DNA of 61,222 nt, the filler included, from Dugesia japonica (lineage: Eukaryota), in assembly GCA_001938525.1 (NCBI GenBank). It is 5 parts of 5 records of this genome, joined end to end, with 100 filler letters (N's around TTAATTAATTAA, not from the genome) between each part and the next. Parts side by side here need not be neighbours in the genome. Positions count along the whole stretch, not along the records: positions 50,562 to 61,222 come from MQRL01647617.1; 4 more parts are not named here. One strand, 5' to 3'. Shown here piece after piece: positions 53,382 to 61,222 of this stretch; the first letter of the stretch is position 1, and every line of letters begins with the position of its first letter. A program made the position numbers and the translations under genes. Below the pieces are notes generated by a model that searched no databases, was not told the DNA's origin, and was given only the letters and a program-made list of their open reading frames with translations.

Positions 53382-55073
53382 AAGTGGTCTTCAACCTTGT
53401 TTAGCCTAACGCCCACTTTTTCTATATTTTCATCTATAAATAAGTCTGCAGCCCAACTAAACTTTACAAAACAAATAAAAATTCAAATATTGTTTACTAA
53501 CAATACAGAATGCTATATGACTGATACATTAGTGTTAGAAATTTTACAATCAATGAGACCATACGTTTGGCGTTTGGATGCTAAAGACTTAATGTCTGGT
53601 TTCAAGAGGATAAGAACTAGTTTCAAATCATTTCCCTTAGCAATATGCAGATTGCTTCTTTGATTGTTGAGGAGATTAGTTACTGCACTGAATCTACTCT
53701 CGTTGAAGTAAGATGTGGGAAATGTGAGAAATATGAGCAATTTCTTTTTTTCCGTAAGTTTGGATTGAAAGTTGATATTTGTTTGCCCTTCAAAATTTTG
53801 GTATGTCTACCTTTGCTGTAAAAGATATGTACAAACTCATTTTGCAATTTTAACAATTATATTTGAACTGCACTTTAAAATCCAGAACAGTTGTCTTTAA
53901 TGGATCATCATCATCCATGTAGGTATTTGCAGCTCAATTAAATCCCGAAAGAGCGCTGACATGTCTGTTTCTGAGGATTTTAGATGCTTTCCAAATTTTT
54001 CAATGTTATTAGTATTGATTTCATTAATAAACTTTTGGAATATTACTGTGATATAGAATGCATCTTTTTTTGAAGCTTTTAATTTCTCACAAATGTTGAT
54101 GTCACCATTTGACTCAAATGATAGTAGGATACCGTCAAATAAACAAACTACAGTATGAAAAACATGACGATTATGTTGTTCATCATTGTTTTTTCACAAT
54201 TGACAAATGAGGTGATTATTCAGAAATTTACTATTGATCTTGTTTACAGCATGGATAATAGTTTCCGTTGAAGAAGGCAGATTCTCACTTAGCTGCTTAG
54301 CTAAAAGGTATTGTCTGTCTGCAACACAATGAATGGTAAATATTCTAAAAATTTCTGACAGCGACAAACCACCGCAGGTGCACTATCAGTTGCGCAGGCA
54401 ACAATGTTTTTAATAGAAACATGCTTCACATCAAGAAAAGTATTTGTCATGCACCATAAACAAAGCTTCATTACCAGGTAACGCAGATTCATTTATTGAC
54501 AATGAAAATTTAGTGGCTCGCAAGACTGCAACCAATTTTCTTTTTACGTCTATTGCCCTTTTATTAATACGTCTTGAAACATATATATCACTTAATGATA
54601 AAACTTTGAACACTTTGATTGAATCCTGGTGAATCACAGTTCTAATAATTATTTGAAGTGCTGATAACATGAGTGCTTTAGCAATATTATGAGGTTTACC
54701 ACACTTTGATATGAATTTTAAAACATGGTAAGATGCCAGCAATCTATCTACTACTTTTGCATTACTTTTTTGAAACATTTTGGTAGTTGTTTGTCGTTCC
54801 TTGAACTCCTTATGTAAATTTTAAAATAATCCAGTAGCTTATCATTGTTATATGAGTGCATCAAATTTAAATGGGCTTGATGGCTTCCGTTTGGTCTCAT
54901 TGATTGTAAAATTTCTAACACTATTGTATCAGTCATATAGCATTCTGTATTGCTAGTAAATAATATTTGAATTTTAATTTGTTTTGTAAAGTTTAGTTGG
55001 GCTGTAGACTTATTTATAGATGAAAATATAGCAAAAGTGGGTGTTAGACTAAAAAAAAGGTTGAAGGCCACTG
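53382..55073 (-). mobile_element. hAT-Buster/Charlie element, decayed transposase, bounded by ~180-bp inverted repeats
   Basis: ASYHVLKFISKCGKPHNIA, SLSD..VSRRI, KFSLSINES, CATDSAPA, FPTSY.NESRFSAV; 53382-53560 is the reverse complement of 54892-55073; ends (C/A)AGTGG.CTTCAACC. Confidence 0.88.
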
Positions 55074-55715
55074 TTCTAAATTATTAATTAGATGTTCATT
55101 TTTTTATTTTTTTATCTAATTTATTAATTTAATTTCGTCGTTTTCTTTCACCAATTAATTCATTTAATTTATTTTATATTTCCTCGATTGTTAATTCAAT
55201 ATGGTTTTCTTCATTTTAGTCTTATGAACTAATTTTCTCCTTATTATTTATTATTGTCTTTGTTCTGATAAAAGCTTCATTTTTCTTCAGCTTTCTTATT
55301 CTGAGTTGTTTTCTGCTGTAATGATAAACTCTTATAGTTATTACATTGGTCTTAACTTCCTAATCTTGGTATTTTCTTTAAATTATTTCTTTCTTTCACT
55401 TAATTATGGCTATACTTTGTCTGAAGTTTTCGTTTTCTTGTTTGGTGACTATCTTTTCAATTTCGGCTTTACCTACCACTATTTTTAATTCTCTATACCA
55501 GTTGTTTCACCCCAACAATAATAGTAATGATAACAATTGTAGCAGTAAAAGTTATAATAAAAATGAGCAATTATAAGAATAACAAAAAAATTAATGATAA
55601 GAACAACGATGCTAATAACAAATTAAATAATAATAGGAGAAATAATAATAATTGTATTAATTCTAAGAAAACTAATGAGAACAATATCTTATTAATGATA
55701 TTGATAATGATGATG

Positions 55716-55775
<60 letters not shown>

Positions 55776-55835
55776 NNNNNNNNNNNNNNNNNNNNNNNNN
55801 NNNNNNNNNNNNNNNNNNNNNNNNNNNNNNNNNNN

Positions 55836-55904
<69 letters not shown>

Positions 55905-56075
55905 CTACTCACAATGATAATATATTCTTATATTCATATTCTTATTCAAATATCCCATATTTCGAACAACACTTTGCATATATGTTGTACTATAATCATC
56001 GTTTTNNNNNNNNNNNNNNTATGTCTCTCGATAATCAATGTTTTTCGATAAAGATATGGAAGTAGCATTTAAATG

Positions 56076-56894
56076 TTAAAATGTTGAAGTAGAGGTTTTA
56101 TAATTATCATTATATTGTTCTCCATTTTGAAATGCAATTAAAAGAAAGTTGGATAAACTTAGATCACCAAATATTTGCTCCTTATAAAATGATGTACAAT
56201 CTTTACTAATTGCAAACGCAACAATTTCCTTCTTTCTTATCGGATAAATTTCATTTTTCTTATTTAATCTCAATTGATGACCAGCCAACGCATACACGTC
56301 TAACCATTAAATTTGATTCTAGTTATAAATAGTTAGGTTCATTGACTACAGGTTCCAAACAAATGTTAAAACATTGACACCAGAAATAAGATATTTCGGT
56401 TGATCCGTAAAATCTAATTGCAATGAACCACATAGCGACAATGACTTGTATTTTTTTAAGAGTAGCTTTTCTATTTTCTTCTGATCCATACCCCATTGCT
56501 GTAAGACAGATATTCTTAATATTGCCATTATAATTCAATATAGTTTTAATCAATGCTTTTTGAATATAGTTTCCCTTTCCACCTTCAATTTTGTAATTAT
56601 TAAATGAAAGAATTACATCCCTAAATAGTGTATGCAACATATAGTTACTAGGAACTGCATCATGAGTGTCAGTCAAATCTTTGCCTGCCTTATCAACTAC
56701 CTTCAATTTAATATACAATAAAGTATCATTCAAATCAAAATATTCAGTTTGCGATCCATTAATATAAAATGCTACATCGCTTTTAATTCAGAAATTGAAT
56801 TCATTGGAAACACATCTTCAAATGCAGCATTTTCAATAACTTCTTGAGGTGATGAACGATCAAAAATACATAACTCAGTTTTACCGCAAATCAT
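56076..56894 (-). pseudogene. Polinton/adintovirus major capsid protein (double jelly-roll), frameshifted and truncated
   Basis: MICGKTELCIFDRSSPQEVIE..VFPMNS..FYINGSQTEYFDLNDTLLYIKLKV..NYMLHTLFRDV..YIQKALIKTILNY, matching the typical KSELDLF / YxDLxxTxLY pattern of Polinton MCPs. Confidence 0.8.
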
Positions 56895-56932
56895 TTTCAA
56901 AAATTGTTCCATGTCCTCTCATTTGTTTGTTT

Positions 56933-57331
56933 CTACCTGTTGCTTTTGATTTTTTTACGCATTTTATTGATTTTTTGCGGTTGCTTTCTTATCATATTAC
57001 GTATTTCCAATGGAATCTTTATTTTTATACTAGATGATAACATGTTTGTTACTTTTTGGATCATATTAGTTACTCCACTAGGTAGCAAACACACTACATT
57101 ACCAAGTTCTTCCAATGCATCAGATTTCAATGTTGGAATTATTTTTCCATTATTAGCTATTACATCTTGAGCATTTTTCATACCAAAACTACCAATACGT
57201 TTAAGAATAGAAAGCGCAAATCTACCTATTGTTCACAACCAGCCAGAACCATACTGTTTTCCGACAAAGTAAGGCAATTCTGCACCTGCTTGGCTGTTAC
57301 TGTACAATGATATAATATCGGGATTAGACAT
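56933..57331 (-). pseudogene. Polinton small virion protein with QxGxG motif and amphipathic helix
   Basis: MSNPDIISLYSNSQAGAELPYFVGKQYGSGWL*TIGRFALSILKRIGSFGMK...basic tail; one internal TGA; the start overlaps the minor capsid stop. Confidence 0.62.
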
Positions 57332-58220
57332 TAGTTTTTCTAAAATGTAAAGTTAAATGTGTTTTTGAATCTTTTTGAAACTTGATTAACTTTCCGTTAT
57401 AATCGCGAATATTTATTTCTATATTGTTTATACATGTTGCTGCAATCGGTAAATACATTGGATTATCAACTATTATTTGTACTGCTTCATCAGTTTCATG
57501 TTTTTCTATCCATACTGATTTCAAAAAAGGAATTTTAACATCTCCTACAATTATAGGTTCAACAATACTATTATAGATGAAAATTTGTTGATGCAACCTA
57601 TTTTATTTCAGATTTCTAATACCTTGCATTAAACCATTCTTCATATCTGCAGGTGAATATTGTTGTTTTTCTGATCTCAATGTTTTTGTCAAAGCTTTAT
57701 CGAATGTAACAGTTTTGATATCTTCTTTTAGCAAGAATTGAAAAAGATTATTTGATTTAAGACTAATCGTATTAAATAGTTTGGAACCGTTTTCTATTAA
57801 GTTTTTACTTAGTTCTTCAATTTCTGTTATTTATAATTCATCTTTCAACTGTATAGTATGATTACTTACTTGAGTATATTCTATTTTAAATTTTACATTT
57901 TCCATTGGAGAATTATCTTTAAATAAAGTAAAGTGAATATAAAGAATTTTGTTATTATCTCTGTTAGTCTTATAAAAGATTCCTAATTTATGTGCAGAAT
58001 TGCTTTCTTCAAATATGATATCATATGGATATTTGCTAAATATATTTATAATGTTCCTATCACGTATAGCAACATGGTCATTTTGATTGATACTCAAGAA
58101 CGTTTCTTTGTGATTAACTGTTATAGTCATTTTTTTAGTTATGGTTTTCAATGTCATGTATTGAATTTTAGATTTGCTATATAATGGAAATGTTTGATAT
58201 ACAAAGGCAAAATCCAACAA
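57324..58220 (-). pseudogene. Polinton minor capsid (penton-like) protein
   Basis: C-terminus IFIYNSIVEPIIVGDVKIPFLK..NPMYLPI..INNIEINIRDYNGKLIKF..LTLHFRK is characteristic; frameshifts upstream; the N-terminus runs into the N gap. Confidence 0.78.
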
Positions 58221-58446
58221 TGCTACTTCCNNNNNNNNNNNNNNNNNNNNNNNNNNNNNNNNNNNNNNNNNNNNNNNNNNNNNNNNNNNNNNNNNNNNNN
58301 NNNNNNNNNNNNNNNNNNNNNNNNNNNNNNNNNNNNNNNNNNNNNNNNNNNNNNNNNNNNNNNNNNNNNNNNNNNNNNNNNNNNNNNNNNNNNNNNNNNN
58401 NNNNNNNNNNNATATTGTTTATTCTTTTTTGTTCCTTTCGATTTGA

Positions 58447-59310
58447 TTATTTTTTCGATTCTATATATAGTAGGAGGTGGAATGATTTGTAATTCTTGCT
58501 CATAAATTTTCCTTGTATGATATTATTCTCATAATCTTTAATTACATACATGATTGAATTTTGTTTAGTATTGATTTTCGTTATTTGAAACACTTTATTG
58601 CTCCAATTACTATCAAAGTTTTTAATGAAGGGAAATGCGGTTATTTTTGAGATTATAACATGGTCACCGACTTTATATTTTGGTTTCTTATTTGCTTTAC
58701 TTTGATCGCGGGATAACCATAATTTTAATTCATTGTTTGAACTTACATCAACCGGTCTTGGTCTATTTAAACTTTTATGGCTTGAATGATTATAACTATT
58801 AATCAATTTTGACAACATATTTATCTAGGTTGCCAATATGCACAAAATATTTTTTCAAAGCATCTCTTAGTGTGCGATTAAATCACTCTACATGTGCCGC
58901 TTTATACTGAGGGAATACAGTATAATGGTTTATTTTTAGATCTGATAAAAATTATCACATTTACAATTGCCGGTTTCATATGATTAGCCGATTTCGATTA
59001 GACTGGAATAGCTCTTGCAAATAGACTGAATACATCAATACATGTTAAAATATACTTGTATCCTTTATTTATTTTTGAATATGGGAACATCTCCATTAAA
59101 TCCATTTGCCATAAATCATCAATACCAAACTTTTTATATGCTCTTGTTGGAAATCTTTTCAACATTAGTTTGTTCAAACTGTACGCCAGTTGACTTGATA
59201 ACGACTTTTTTGTCTTTGTTTTTGTTTACTGAGCTGCTTTCATCAATTTTTCTACGCCACAAAATCTGCGGGATTTTCTGCGTCTGTTCATATCGTCTTC
59301 AGCTTGCCCA
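58447..59310 (-). pseudogene. Polinton retroviral-like (rve) integrase
   Basis: GVEKLMKA..AYSLNK..RFPTR..WQMDLMEM..NKGYKYILTCIDVFS.FARAIPV*SKS..KAAHVE*FNRTLR..YNHS.H..KYKVGDHV.ISK..NWS..F.I. Confidence 0.9.
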
Positions 59311-59415
59311 TTTTGATGAAAACTTTAAATCAAAATTAGGTAATGATTGTAAACCATCCATTGTTTATTCAGAATGAGTTTATAATAGTACTACTTCTAT
59401 AAAACCAACAATTGT

Positions 59416-59739
59416 TTATTTGAAAGAAGTTAATCCTAATGCAGCTAATGCAATTGGTAGTAGTGCTGCCATAAAGCCACCTGTTTGATTATCTCGTATT
59501 ACTCGCCTCATCAATTTCTTATTTTTTGTATTTATGAATGTTTATAGCGTTCTTTTATGTCTTTTCAATACTTACTTTCTAGCATTGCTCACATTTACAT
59601 TTTTGCTGACAATATTTATAATAATTTCAATTAAATCATTCACAACAAGCGTTGGAAATGATTTCAAAATTTGCATTCCCGCTGATTTTGGAGATTTAAT
59701 TAATGATGTAAAAAATGGAATACTTCGTTGAATTTTCAT
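59416..59739 (-). pseudogene. Polinton small basic protein ending QTGG-FMAALLPIALAALG
   Basis: A 108-codon frame with two internal TAA: MKIQRSIPFF..LIEIIINIV..VLKRHKRTL..RRVIRDNQTGGFMAALLPIALAALGLTSFK; absent from the ORF track. Confidence 0.65.
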
Positions 59740-59990
59740 TTTATATTTTAATACAACTTACCGGTATTTGTTTATAATGATGTCCATTTTCCGTTTACGT
59801 TCGTCATTTTCTTAACATACAGTTTCGAAAGTTTCTTAAAAATGTTCAGCTGTTTACTTTGTTTCCTCTTTCCAACCTTTTTCTTTTTTACAATACGCTT
59901 TTGTGTTTGTTTAACTATTTTCATTTTAGGAATAATTTTCATCTGATCAACTTCAAATTATTGAAATTTCACCATTTTAAAAAATAATAA

Positions 59991-60293
59991 TTACTTAGTT
60001 TGTTTATACACGGTAACACTATAAGGATTAAAAATATCGGTTCTTACCTTCAGTTCGTCTGGACATTGTTGTGTAAAGTCGAGAAAAATATAACCATGTG
60101 GATTTATTATTGCATCTTGAAAAGATTTAATAAGAAATTGTCTATTATTAGGATAGGCTTGTTTTACTAGAAAATCAACAATTTTTTGATCTCTCGGATT
60201 TTTAAATAGAACCAAGTATTGTACATTTAAATTACGTGTTCTATGACTTCCCCCTTGATGAAATAAATTTTGAGTAATGAATATAACAGTCAC
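59991..60293 (-). pseudogene. Polinton A32/FtsK-like DNA packaging ATPase, C-terminal half
   Basis: VIFITQNLFHQG..RTRNLNVQYLVLFKNPRD..PHGYIFLDFTQ..RTDIF; Walker A/B region missing. Confidence 0.85.
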
Positions 60294-60984
60294 ATTACAA
60301 TGTCTAGATATTTTTGTAAATAAATTTTTACGGGTAAATAAATTATTATATTAACAAAACAATTGGTAAACAGGGTATATAGGGTAAAATAGTTTCTTCG
60401 TATTTTACCAAATTTTACTGTATTTCTCATTATATTACCAAATTTTACTCTACTTTTCTTTATTTTCTTCATATTTATATATTAAATTTGAATGTCAATA
60501 ATGACACATGGTTTATTTTATTGGATGATTACGTCATATGACAAACCTTTATTAATATGTCATAGTTTATTTTTATTGGCGAAAGGATTAAGTTCTTTAC
60601 ACTTAAAGTGTAATGTATTTACCACTATTGTGATATTCTATCATCAATCAAGGAAAGATAATCATAATTATGGAAAATACAGATTTCAACATGAAAAATA
60701 TGAGTTTTATCTTGTGAAAAATATGTATTCTTTTCAATAATATCCTTCTCTATTTATCTTCATTTAAACCTAAAAATTATTTTAAATTGTATTTACATTT
60801 AAATTTAGCTTTCAAAAATAGATTTAACGAGAAGTGGTCAATATTTATTACCTAATATAAATAAGACCTAAAATTCTTTGTATTACTGTTATTAATTAGA
60901 AATGTTAGTTTTTAACAATCAATTTCTAAATTAATACGGCATTTAAGTCAATTAATTAATAATATTAATACAGTTAATTATGGG

Positions 60985-61115
60985 TCCAGACCTGAAAACA
61001 ATTTATTTTACTTTTTAGACTAAAATAACATTTATTAGACTTTTTAGGTGTAAAGCACATTAATAAGACTTTTAGACCTAAAACACATTTTTATCAGACT
61101 TTTTAGACTTAAAGA
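60985..61115. repeat. Imperfect ~30-bp tandem repeats (AGACTTTTTAGAC..AAA)
   Basis: Four to five recurrences of AGACTTTT(T)AG followed by AAA.CACATT. Confidence 0.55.
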
Positions 61116-61119
61116 GCAT

Positions 61120-61222
61120 TACAATTACAATTATTGCGAGAATAGTTGTTGGATTTAACCATTGATGGCATTTAAGATTTCATTAAAATAAAAGCTTCGA
61201 TTAAAATGTTTTGTTTCTTTAT
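61120..61222 (-). repeat. Further copy of the hammerhead-associated repeat, cut by the window end
   Basis: Reverse complement of the TTTGATCGAAGCTTTTATTTTAA...TCCAACAACTATTCTCGCAATAATTG block seen at 16475 and 32100. Confidence 0.75.

Noticed and set aside
55527-56051. Long poly-I/N/L/Y ORFs (also 11095, 13022, 24824)
   Set aside because: Translations of (AAT)n microsatellites and N gaps.
56933-59739. In-frame TAA/TGA in viral ORFs as stop-codon reassignment or readthrough
   Set aside because: They co-occur with frameshifts and deletions, and the host genes use the standard code; simple decay explains them.
25740-60293. One giant Polinton spanning PolB to the capsid module
   Set aside because: Two artificial spacers and host genes lie between them.

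Overview
Very AT-rich eukaryotic (most likely invertebrate animal) DNA with tiny ~40-46 nt GT-AG introns. The window is not one locus. Four artificial 100-nt spacers (N44-TTAATTAATTAA-N44 at about 9677, 24531, 39096 and 50462) join five separate pieces. Host genes: a multi-exon DCDC1-like doublecortin/beta-trefoil gene fragment (293-9376), a complete 7-exon ZNF207/BuGZ gene (40994-42337), exon 1 of a DUF4062/NWD-like gene (30425-30589), an orphan MGCCCS proline-rich ORF (22030-22947) and an orphan two-TM ORF (50870-51424). The rest is mostly decayed mobile DNA: mariner, Tc1, Tigger/pogo, hAT-Buster elements, MITEs and Penelope-like relics. There is also an endogenous Polinton/Maverick (adintovirus-like) virion module on the minus strand (ATPase, integrase, minor and major capsid, two small putative core/membrane proteins), a separate protein-primed PolB relic and four Polinton-like AGTAG termini. 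The most interesting signal not visible in the ORF track is a dispersed repeat family carrying six minimal type I hammerhead-ribozyme motifs, with covarying stems and an extra A in the core; two of them sit beside Penelope GIY-YIG remnants. All calls are by eye, from motif recognition and manual translation; no searches were run.
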